Of a DNA stretch of 64,000 nt, positions 52,087 to 64,000 are shown piece by piece. Where the stretch lies: NCBI GenBank assembly GCA_951406725.2, contig OX597822.1, forward strand, positions 49,786,001 to 49,850,000, given 5' to 3'. Both the position numbers and the translations under genes were made by a program. Each line of letters starts with the position of its first letter. Within the stretch, counting starts at the first letter, position 1. The notes beneath the pieces were generated by a model. It ran no database searches, was not told the origin of the DNA, and was given only the letters and a program-made list of their open reading frames with translations. The DNA comes from Octopus vulgaris (Eukaryota).

Positions 52087-53870
52087 CTCTGTGTGTGTAT
52101 GCGCGCATTTGTGTATGGAATCATACATAAATACATTCACGAAGTAAGCTACATAGGTGGCACACAAATATACACACAGGCCCAGAAGTGCGTGTTCGGA
52201 CACACATATATGTATATAAGCTGGAGAAACGAAAATACGTCCAAACATGTTGATAATTACGTATATATTTCTTAATCATCCCATTCATCCATACAACCTC
52301 TCTTCCACTAGCCATCTCACTGTGGATTTCACTCTACATACATGCATGTAGCTACACGCATGTACGCATGCATTCCACACACATACAAACACATATATTC
52401 ATGCGGGTATTTGACTTTTAACATACATATGTGCGCCAGTCAAATGCCCGCATGAATGTCATGTGCATATGTACGGCGCACTAATATAAAAGTTTAAATA
52501 CATCCACACACACAAAGTAACAGACACAGTCACACACACAGAGACACACATACACACGCACTCACACATATGTATGTACTTGTATATATCAGCAAATATA
52601 TTTATGTCCAATTTTCGAGTATATACATCCCAATACAATTTATGAAATCTAATAAAATGCAATTTTTTTCAGACACGAGTTTCTGCAATGTCCAATAAAT
52701 TGGAACGTACGTATAATTCATATTCATAAGATAACCAACAAACATATGTATTACATCGTAAGCAATGTAGCAAAGAAACAAGCAGCTGAATTAAAATAGA
52801 TGCCACTATACGAACAATAAACGAATGCACAGCATTTATCACACTTAAGGTTCTCAACATTTCACCAACAATCCTTAGTGAAGGGTTATTAATCCCTCCA
52901 ATCCTGAAGTGGGCATATCTGTTAGATAATATTTTGTAAAAAAAAGAGGATAGGAGGAGAAAAACAGCTTATATTTAGCAACGCAAAGAACAGCCATATT
53001 GCTTTAGATTAATTCAAGAACGTCAGTGATTTCACTTGCATAGAGTGTACTTCTCCATACATATTAGTAACCTAAACACTAGTTCAGCAAATACGTGATA
53101 AATTGTGATTCGACTCAGGCCTTAATATCCCTACATCTGTATAAAGTCTCCAAATTGGTCTAAGGATTTCGGTTCAGATAATGTTGGTGATTGCATGATG
53201 TATACATTATATCGAAAGCATGTGAACATTGAGGGCTACATAGCTCTAGAAAGAACAATATACTCACAAGCATTGAGTCTGGGTTATATTGAAAGAGAAG
53301 GCGTTTATATATTTAAAATCATCCTGTTGGAAATAAGTTTCGTGATTATACTCAAGTAATATAAATTTATTTTACATCGCCACGAACTTCCATAACCTAA
53401 AAATAATCTAACGTGCATACATAAAAGGTTTTGCCATGTGCTTACAGTAAAGAAAACCTCGTGTGTAATATGAGGGAAAACGTATCCAGGATCTCGTCTA
53501 CCAAGAAAATCTTTGATAAATTAGAATAATGCTATAACATGACACTAGAAACGTGCAGGTTCAAATAGAATAGAAGTTTATATGTACATGAAACCTTCCA
53601 CAATGGTATAAGTAGTGGGTATAATATATATTTCCTCTGCTTTTTTTTTATCATCCTCTTTACAAGTTTCTCTTGTTTAAACGTTATCTGCAAAAAAAGC
53701 AACTGACCAACGGTCTTCTTTTCAGATTGGTAAATGGCGTAATAAATTATCATTTCGACCACGAAAGCCAGGATAGCTATAATTGCAAGATTTTTTTTTT
53801 CTTCTTGATCGATTATCTTCATTCTTTTAGCTGATCGATGCTTTTCTACTTGTTGAAGCATTACTACATT

Positions 53871-54950
53871 ATACGATGGGGAACCAGAAACATTCTCTGT
53901 GGAGAAGCCCGTTATACTTCAGGCTTCTACCGCCAGAAGCCACGTGTTGCAACACTCAGGTATCAATCTGTCCAACGATGTTGTGGCGTAAGGTCGTACT
54001 GCCACGTAATATGTCTTTGTTTTACAATGCTTCTCCCCTGTTCGCCGATTTTTGCGATGACTGACACGAAGGAACAGTGTGTTGCCGTGAAATTCTTTTT
54101 TCTGCTGGGGAAAATTGCGGTCGAAACAGTTGTAATACTTCAAAAGCTTACAAGGGTGCTGCCATGCGCAAAACACACGTTTGCAACTGGTTTTCACGCT
54201 TTAAGAAAGAACACTTGTTTTTTGAAAACCAACCTCGTACATGGCTACAGTCGACCTACCAAACGAATGAAAACATCACAAAAATTCAAGAGCTGTTCGT
54301 AGAGAACTGTTACTGAAAAATCGACAAGCTTGTTGATATGACTGGCATGTCCTGGGGCTCCTTCCAACGAGTTGAGGTAAAATTTGTACCTCACTTGCTC
54401 AAGGGAGAATAAAAACAGTTACGATTGAATGGGTCTCGTGAACTGAAAGAACCGCTGGAAGTTGATACGGACCTTTTTCGAAAGTCATCACTGGTGACGA
54501 AAGCTGGTGCTACGGATACGATCTGGAAACGAGGCAGCGATCAAGTCAATAGAAGCATTCGATGTCACCACTCCCCAAAATGTTGCTTTAAATGAAGTAC
54601 AATGTCAAGACGATGATGGTTTGTTTCATCGATGCGAAAAGAATTAACCACTCAGAATTTTCTACGCCTGGCCAAAATGTTAACCAAACATTTCACTCTG
54701 CAGTTCTAAAGCGTTTACAAGACACGATTTGACGAAAACGGTCCGACCTGTGACAAAGTGGCGAGTGGGGGTTTCATCACAAACTATGCGCCTGCGCAAC
54801 ATCCCCATGAGTGTAAAACAATTTTTGACCGAAAGTAGCATGACCCCCCTTACTCACCTTCCCTATTCACCCGATCTTTCTCCCTGCAAAGTTTTTTGTT
54901 CCCCTGAATGAGGAAAGTCCTTAAAGGAAAAAGTTTTGCAGATGTGGAGG
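53871..54950 (+). mobile_element. Decayed near-complete mariner element
   Basis: TACGATGGG start; EQCVAVKFFFLLGK, WFSRFK, VITGDESWCYGYDLET, HLPYSPDLSPC. Confidence 0.92.
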
Positions 54951-55160
54951 GGGCAAATATAGTACGTTAAATTCAACTTACGCTGAATGTCAACAAACAA
55001 AGTTTGTTTTAGAAGCGTTGAGATGTATTGAAAGATACAGATAAGGAAATAAGTTTATTGTAAAATGCAGGATAATGCTAATGATATATTATGAACAGAA
55101 TAAACTATCCCTATTTTGCAGAAAAATCTGTCACCGTCCAGCCATGAGACTCGAACTCTC

Positions 55161-55294
55161 ATAGTAAAATATAATTGCCAACTAGCTGAGGACGATACTA
55201 CTGCTTTTTTTTTAGTCTCAAGAGTGTCTAAAAGCAACAGTCACAACCTCCTCTATAGGAACGCCATATCTAGTTGGCAATTATACTTTACGAT
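55161..55294. repeat. 25-bp inverted repeat with an 84-bp spacer
   Basis: ATAGTAAAATATAATTGCCAACTAG and CTAGTTGGCAATTATACTTTACGAT, 2 mismatches. Confidence 0.85.
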
Positions 55295-55391
55295 TCCCTA
55301 CTACTTCTATTTATTTCTTGCTCAGAGATATAATATTACTTATACATACATACGTACGTACACACACACACACACACACATACACAAACAT

Positions 55392-55486
<95 letters not shown>

Positions 55487-56299
55487 TGTGTGTGTGTGTA
55501 TGTATTTATGTATATATGTTCTCATGTTTGTATGTATATAAAAGACGCTTAATTGTGTTCGAATGATTAAAACTTAGATCCCGATATTTTTGATGGGGAT
55601 CAATTTCACGGGGTAAAGAATCGCTAAAAGATGGGGTAGGTTTACAATTATGGCGTCAATTATATTGATAAATAAATTAGATGTGTCAAGAATAAAGCAG
55701 CTTGTACTCGGTATATATTTATACTTAAATATTCATCGTTTGAAGTCTTCACTCTTTGCTTTCTATCGTTTCTATATATGCAAATATACATATATTGTAT
55801 TGTATATGTAAACTGTTGTATTTAACATATCTAATTTGTTTATAATTGCGTCCATATCTGTCCAACGTGATGCCTCTTATAGCCATTCTTTACCCCGTCG
55901 AATCACCTGTAAAGACATCGGAATATATTTTTGATTCACTGGAGCACTATTAAGTGTCTTTTATGCTGAGAATATGTGTGTGTTTGTGTGTGTGAGTGTA
56001 TATATATATATATATATATATATTTTGTACAGAATTGAGTAGAAGAGGAAGTAAAGGGGTTGCTCGCGGTTTCAAAGAAGCTCAGGATGAACACAGTTTA
56101 GAAAACACGATTTGTCGCTTTTCAGCTGTTTAGCTGATGATTCATAGAAGATAATTTGATCAGGTGGAATATTGCTAACAATGGTGTGATTGATGTTAAA
56201 ACAAAATTGTTCGTGTGTGTGTTGTTGTTGTACAGCAGCTATTCAAAGTCGGATTTTCAGAGGTTCTCCAGAAACACGATTTACTAATTTACTTCTTAA

Positions 56300-57420
56300 T
56301 GATTTAAATTCTACATACACTTCATGTTATGCTCCAGTGCAATTCAAGTTGAACTGCCTTTTCCTTGTTTCAAAACAGGGAGATCTATCAGAAGTCGATT
56401 GTATCATGCTTGCTCGGTCGCGCCTGAGACAAAATGAAAACTGTTACTATCATATCAAAATAGCATACACAAAGGCAGCTCCACCATTGAACGTATCTTA
56501 ACTCGCCGTCAACTCATTGTAACTATCTCAGCAAAGAAAATCTTTTGGCTCCTTCAACTATGAGCGAACGTTTCAGATTCTCTCCACCTATAGCATGCCA
56601 AGTGAAGTTTTAAATGCCTTTCCCTCTATCTATGAAGACTGCAAAAGTTTCGTATGCATCCCTGGTTGACACATTGGCAGTCATTACAAGCGTCATTTCT
56701 TTTAAATATGATGTTGGACTATGTACTGCAGCATGCTTTTCGTATCTGAACTAGGCAGAACTCACCGTCCCCACAAAAGTTAATGTTCTCCTGGATCGTA
56801 CCTCACTGACCTCGATTTCGCCTACAATCCTAAATGTTCAAACTCTCCTCACAAATCTGTAGTCTGCTGCTATTGATGTTGGTCTCTCCATAATCCACTT
56901 GAAGACATAGACCATATTAGTTGGTGAAGAAGCTGCTGGGTCCATTGAGTTTGTTGGATTCTCGTTTTGCTCTACTAGGACAAATGGTCAGAATCTGGTA
57001 AGTTATGGAAAATTTGGAAAGCACCACCACAGTCATGTGACCTAACACCACGCCTGTTTCCTTCTACACTAGAATACGCCCCCTCTCTAAGGTCCTGAAT
57101 GCTGGTCTCTAACAGTGGCCCAACGGCGATATCTATAAGGCGCATACACTTTACTTTTCGCAAGATCATTAACATATCTCAGTCCGACCGTATATCAAAC
57201 AAATCAATATGATGGATCTTTACCGCCCGTCAGTCGGGCAATCAGAGAAAGACAGCTAAAGTTCGTAGGCAACAGTTCCTGTTGATCGGATCAACCTGTC
57301 ACTGTGTTTTTTCTTCTGTAAGAATTCAAGGCTGCTTTCAGGCGCATATGAACTTATGCAAGAGACAGGACTGTGCACTGACTCAGACTTGGAACGAGCA
57401 ATGTCATCTCGCACAGCATA
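56300..57420 (+). mobile_element. Highly decayed RTE-clade LINE (RT and C-terminus)
   Basis: LTDLDFA (RT motif C relic), LWKIWK, ECWSLT, IRERQLKFVG. Confidence 0.75.
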
Positions 57421-58303
57421 GAGGAAAATGTATTCTAAAGCTTTGCGTCCACGTCCACAACTAAGGCAGCGTGGGTCTTAAAATACATACACACCCACAC
57501 AAACATACACGCCCGCACGAGCACGCGCACTCACACACACAGACACACACAAACTCATAGACATACGCACACGTGCACGGGCACACGCACACACACACAC
57601 ACACACTCACACACTTATGCGGGTATTATAGGACTGTAAACTGGGACAACTTGAGGTGTAAGCATTCAATGAACTGGACGTCTCTTTATTTTCTGGATCT
57701 ATCCTGCATGTGAGCTTTTCGATCATGAAATGTTCGACAACTGCGTATTCGGGGTACCCTGTGCTGAATAGTAACATATGCTTATAATATAAACCCAGTC
57801 ACGTAGAAAAGCGTATCTATAGAGTATTTTGAAGAGAGACATTTGCTATTTTTTGATTCTCTAGAATTTATTACGAAAGATATTTTATCTTACCTCCCTG
57901 CAATCAAATTCATCATTTGATTTCAAAAGAACGAAAAAGGAACATGCTAGTGATAAAAAGAATTTTTATAATCACTCAGAAAATATTTGCTTTCAGTAGG
58001 AACAGAAGGAATATTTAGAAACCAAATTAGAAATCATTGAAAAATATTCTAAAATATTGTTAATATGATTTTATTTATTTTGCTTTTATTTCCCGAGCAA
58101 CAACAAATGCTTCGATACATTTCAATATTCATCCTTGTAATATTGCTGGTCTGATTACAATTTTTGCTAATAATCAATATATCACCCAGAGTAGGATATT
58201 ACTTCCATGAACGTATTAGTTCATGGAAGCGCGCGCACACATGCTCACACACACACACACACACACATACACACACACACACACACAAACAAACACATAC
58301 ACA

Positions 58304-58355
<52 letters not shown>

Positions 58356-60875
58356 CGTGTTATTTATGAAGCCCATTAGATGTTCTGAAGTTTCTTTATC
58401 CAGGAGCTGATATTTACATCACACTAGCGATATAAACAATGAACGTTACATATCTTCTAAGAATTGCTTATCAGTACAGAGCCGATTTCTTAATTTATCA
58501 ACAGCGCACTAATGAAATGTCGAAGGCGTTGGGATTCAATTAAGAACGGAAAAGGAGTCAAATTTATGCAGTATCATTTTTCCGGGTCAGTTTCGTTTTT
58601 CAAAACTTTAAACAATAAACGATTGATATTTTTGTCTAAAATTAGCTCAAGTCTACAATTCTCTGACATGCAAGAAGTTGTCATAAATTAGTCCACTTTT
58701 AATAAATTTTTCGAGTGCATCAATTGGTGGAGTGAGGTGATGCACAGGATTGGCGAAGTCGAGAACAAAATGTCGTACTATAATTTGTTAGATACATTTA
58801 GTTTTAGAATTGAGATCATTTCGATGTTGGCAACGTCATATATCTCTTCTGATTCGATAACTTAAAGCTATCTGCTGTGATTAACTTATTCAGTTTCAAC
58901 TATGCATTATTTAAATAAAACATATTTGTATATTACAAACTAATATTTTAATACTATCTGCATAGACAGTTAAGTTATGAGAAACAAAATCGACTCCGTG
59001 GGCATTTAAATTGTGACTGCGAAGAGATATGAACAAACCAATATAGTAATAAGTAAACTGTTAAGTGACACGCAAAATGTTAGGTTGCATAGGGGGTATT
59101 TATTAAAGTAAATACATTCTATGAACCAATTTCTTTCAACTATGTTTTAAGTTCAGATGTCGACAATGTTTTAGCGCAATCTTGCCCTTTGTCAAAGAAA
59201 GTGGTCAGGAAGACTCGCGTATATAATCGGTGGAAACGATCCTCATTGCACCCGTAATGAGACAGAAATACATTGCAGTTAATGAAAATACATTTATGTG
59301 ACATGTGAAAGTGTAATTGGATGAAGTGATATCTGTCTTGCACTGGCCAAATAACAAGGGCCAGAAAGTGACAATCACGAATCAGAGATTAACAAGTTGT
59401 TACATAAAGCTGAAATTACATGCGTACCTGAAATGCTGACTTATCCAGTATACTATTATGCTGCGAAACACTAATACATCTAGTAGGTATACAATTTAAA
59501 CGTCCTCAAATAAAATGCCCTGAAGCACCCATGAGGACAGTATTATTTATCATTCACAAAATGTAATGTATTAAATATGAAAGAAGGAAAAAAATCATGT
59601 GCTAGATTTACATCACTGTTACGATCTTTATGGCAATAGACCACTCTTCCTATACTAAGAAAGTATATGCTTTATAATAATGTAGAAGCGATTGTTAAAC
59701 TGATTACGTCATTGTTTGATGTACATAAATTGCTGAACTACTGAAACGCATTTTGGAATATATTTGCCTACTACATCAAAGCATTACATACTTTTTGGAA
59801 ACTTGTAACTGTTGGGATAAAATATTTTATTTGGTGACGTCATTTGGTCATGTTATTTCATGCACTGCATCCACATAGGTTTAAAACCTATCAATATAAA
59901 TAGAAAGGCCTTAAAGTAAATATTGAAATCGAAATAATCTGTTATACAATTCCTTCGAATTTAGTTGGAAAACAAATCATTGCAAGTCACATTTTCTCAT
60001 TTTGTTATCATTTACTATCTGAAATATGTCTCCATGTTCATTTTGTATGCATAATTTTGAGTACGCATAGTACCTTGATACAAACCTATTTTAAGGAAAT
60101 ATACAACACCCCGGTGGAGATCTAATTACAATACTTTTCATTATAATAGAAGCGACCCGTAATAAGATGCTTTCCTGCGCACTCGTATTGGATTTTATGC
60201 AGAGGAGGCATACTTACACAGAGAATATTTAGTCTATTTTATGGGTTTAAATAAACGAGAATATGATTGTTACTTCTAACAAGATGAATGATTATGTAGA
60301 GAATGACGTGTTCACTCACGGACAAACACACACACACACACACACACATACATGCACATATATACTACCAATATACATGCATATATATATACATACACAA
60401 TTGCATGTACTCATGTATTCATGTATATATATATGTGTGTGTATATATATAGGTGTGTGTGTGCGCATACATGCACACACACACACATATATATATATAT
60501 AACACCAAGAAATATTAACTATCCTTCTTAGGTACAGATAACAACATGCCGTTACTGATTAGCTTTGATATACTTAAGAATTGTGATGAGTAACAAAGAG
60601 AAGGCAATAAAGTAAAATAATGGAAGAGTTAACCTACATTTGAAATCTTGGTGTGAAATCTACGACCTGAATTGTTGCCAGAAAGATTAGCTTATTCGGT
60701 TGGTGGCAGCAGTAACATCAACAGCTTCAATAGAATTAGCGAATACAATTGCTAATTGATTTTTCTCTTGTTATATCATTGGATGAGATGTAGCTTGGCA
60801 TTGTTAATTTCGCTAATTCAGATTTTATTGCACTTAATTTACGTGTTGAGGTCACCAAAGGGAAATTCTGGCAGG

Positions 60876-60999
<124 letters not shown>

Positions 61000-61008
<9 letters not shown>

Positions 61009-62965
61009 TGTGGGGGACTGGAATAGTGTTTTGGTTGCACGGAAGGATTGTGTGAGTTGAGTACATAGCAGAAGGGAGTGGAAAACACTTGAAAACCTGA
61101 TTAGGACTTTCAAGCTTTCTGACGGGCACAGACTAGATTTACCAGTGATGTGCCAGTGTAGACATGGCGAGTCTTCCAGATCGTATTTAGATACAGGATA
61201 TTTTAGATTAGATGATAGGGATAGCATAGATTGTCCACAATTTAAATTGGCCGGCTACACATATGACAAATTTGTGATATGCCCAGTCAAATTTAAATAG
61301 GAGCCATAGACAGGGACCCGGTTACTGGTAGTTGAATGCGTCCTTACCAGCTCGCAACGACAACAGGGACCAGATTAGCGAATTAGTGAAGCGGAAGATG
61401 ACGGGGCAATTGTCAACAACCAGTCGCTCTAAAGAGAGCGATTAGACACGAATCGATAGCATTTAGAAAACATTTAGCAATAGAGAGAAATAGACTGGAG
61501 GGAGAACTAGTTAGAAAACTAGAAGAGGCTGTTAGTAAAGGTACCACAACCGATGTGTCAGTGGCGTGAATGTTCCTTGCTCATTTCGCCGGGGCGAAAT
61601 ACGAAGATTGTCTTGTCAATGCTAACGCCTGTGCGCTAAAACACGAAGGAAATAAAGCCGTAGAGACGCTGCGTGGAAACAAAACCATGCGTGCTATTCG
61701 GTTCTGAGCTGATGTGTTCAGCTTTCCCTTAGCACTTTATGTGGATGTTTGGGTAGGGTGATGGGTCGACCATGGTAGCGGGCTTTACTCGGTAACTAGA
61801 GAGCCCACCACGGTTCTCGGTAACGGATGCGAGATTTTGCGATTACAGCAGTTGCAAAAGATACAAATCGGGCGATTTAGATGGTCTGCTCTTTGAATTC
61901 TATGTTTTCATGCCAGATTTGTTTGGCAGCCTCTTGGCAGATGTCTACTGTAGGTGGAAGCAGAACGGGGGAATTTCTAGTGCTATTAGTCGGGGTGTGG
62001 TAACATTGTCGTGAAAGGACGCTGAATATAGGGACGTGCTAGGGAATTTTCGGCCTATAACTTTGCTAGACAGATTTTGGCCAAGGTATTAGCAAAAATG
62101 TTGGTCGGGGAGGCATAAACGTGCGCAATCCCGAGCAGGTCTATCCACGACACTCTCCACCTTATGCGATACATCTTAGAGAGGACTGGGACTAAAGCTG
62201 GCTTCGATGGGCCCTGATCAACTTAGATCAGTAGAAAGCTTTAGATATGGTAGACCATCTCTACTTGGAAGTCCTCTTTAAAGTAAGCCTGTTTTGTACA
62301 CATATTCAGAGGTTGGATCGCTGTAATGCACAGCGGTACATACACATCGGTCAAAGTAAATGGTCACCTTTCGGAATCAGTTAGTATTGCATGTTCGGTC
62401 TGTGAGGGCTGCCCGCCGTCACCTCTTCTGCTTCTGTATGTGTCGTCTCTCGAGTCACTGCTGCGAGATTTGGAACGCGGACGAAGTCACCGTCATGGTG
62501 TCGGACGTCTCCAAAGCGGAGACGCTCGGCTTCATTGTAAAGAAATAAGAGTCGGTTACAAGGGCCAGGATTAACGACTTCCAGGTGGATTAGAAGTTGT
62601 CCGTGAAAGTGAGTGTGGAAAGGGAGGTTATGAAAAGGTGGGTGAAAGTTGCGAAAATGGGAAGCGTGGATGATACCACTCTCAGTGTAGACATGTGAGT
62701 CAGAATAAAGGAGTTGGACAGGGCACTCGCGTATTCAGGGCGATCTTGGATGGTGGGGTTCTTCGACTATCCCTCTGTATCACTGGGACTCCATCACTGT
62801 GGCTTTTTTCTAGTGTCGTACACTATGTATACTTCACTTCTTCTAATGTATACAGTATATACATTAAAAAAATAATAATAATTCAACCATATGTAAAACC
62901 CAAACATTATGTCTGTCTTGTTTTGTCCCCCTCATCCTTCGCTCTGGTCATAAGTAAAAGAAATC
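61000..62965 (+). mobile_element. Decayed Tx1/L1-clade LINE ORF2 with 3'UTR
   Basis: VVGDWN, SYLD, GYW*LN (APE), NFRPITLL, NLDQ*KALD, EGCPPSPLL (RT); homologous to 19745-20475; ends AGTAAAAGAA then (ATC)n. Confidence 0.88.
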
Positions 62966-62978
62966 ATCATCATCATCT

Positions 62979-63040
<62 letters not shown>

Positions 63041-63104
63041 TAATAATAATAATAATAATAATAATAATTATTATTATTATTATATTATTATTATTATTAT
63101 TATT

Positions 63105-63236
63105 GCCATTTTATATTTGACTTTTGCTTTACATTTGTACAAGTTGGCTCCAAGTCTCAATCAGAGACCTCGAGATACAAATTAGAAGTTCATGTTGGTG
63201 TTATGCCTTGGGTGCCACATATTTGATTTTGTACAT

Positions 63237-63240
<4 letters not shown>
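63105..63240 (-). mobile_element. Probable Dong/R4 3'UTR fragment in (TTA)n
   Basis: Non-repetitive 135 bp between TTA tracts; shares ACCCAAGGCA with the 3'UTR at 31419-31515. Family assignment is inference. Confidence 0.45.
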
Positions 63241-63293
<53 letters not shown>

Positions 63294-63566
63294 GTTGTTG
63301 TTGTTGTTGTTACTATTATTATAGAAATGAATGCACAATGATTATTTTTGTATCTTGTACGAGCGTGTGTTACATTTATTGCCAAGGCACAATTTTAAGA
63401 TTAGTAATTACAAATGGTCAGATTTAAAACGAAAAAAAAATTTCTAATAAAATTGAAGTTTAAAAGGGATTAAGAAAATTAAGGAAGTTTTGAAGATGAC
63501 TCTTTCTTTGACTAAAATTCATAGTCGTAGAATCTCTTGATGAATAACGATTCTATTTTTTTCCTA

Positions 63567-63603
63567 TTTCGGCTGCAATACCCTCCAGCCTTCATCAGGT
63601 GCC
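63567..63603 (-). ncRNA. Hammerhead ribozyme core, truncated after GAAA
   Basis: GGCAC-CUGAUGA-A-GGCUG-(GAGGGUAUUG)-CAGCC-GAAA. Confidence 0.65.
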
Positions 63604-63619
63604 ATAATAAGATGAATTA

Positions 63620-64000
63620 TAATAAAATTAATATTAAGAATAAAAACATAAGGAAGTAATATGGTTAATTATCCCTTATGGGATAAAATCAAAACTAACT
63701 TAATTAAAGAAATTCTGAACATAATTAAAATATCTTTTAAAATGAATAAAGAGTATTCGAAAATATTTTCAAAAACAACTATCAGAGTGGGATATTCGAC
63801 AACAAGAAACGTTAGTAATATTATATCCTCTATAAACAACGTCAAATTAAATAAATTCTATAATAACAATTAAACTAATATTAATAATAGCAACGGAAGA
63901 AATATAACAAACAAAAATATAACCTTATACTAAATAAATACACATGTAAAGATAAATCAAAATATAGGTTAATAATAATTGCAACATAGATTATGTAATT
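63620..64000 (+). mobile_element. Penelope-like RT-EN linker fragment, probably running off the window
   Basis: VNYPLWDKIKTNL..KIFSKTTIRVGYSTTRNVSNIISSIN resembles the PLE W.NPP..KTN..KIF...T.K.SYS...N...II motif. Confidence 0.7.

Noticed and set aside
51625-52275. Overlapping ORFs of 120-207 aa
   Set aside because: Stop-free translation of (TA)n/(CA)n repeats on both strands.

Overview
AT-rich, repeat-saturated eukaryotic DNA. The SINE families and microsatellites look like those of an Octopus (coleoid cephalopod) genome; this assignment is from recall, not a search. No intact protein-coding gene is visible, and almost all track ORFs are microsatellite read-throughs or decayed transposon fragments, so the window is probably intronic or intergenic. 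It holds four tRNA-headed SINE families and relics of mariner, Helitron, RTE, Tx1/L1-clade, Dong/R4 and at least six Penelope-like elements (PLEs). The main signals are: about nine hammerhead-ribozyme (HHR) motifs tied to PLE ends or solo pLTRs; a tRNA-headed SINE whose tail is a PLE-type hammerhead; a non-coding element repeatedly inserted into (TAA)n beside TAA-targeting Dong/R4 fragments; a SINE sharing its tail with a Tx1 LINE; a twin-primed RTE insertion; a domain-permuted Helitron; and two zero-length-exon (recursive splice site) motifs. Boundaries of decayed elements are approximate.
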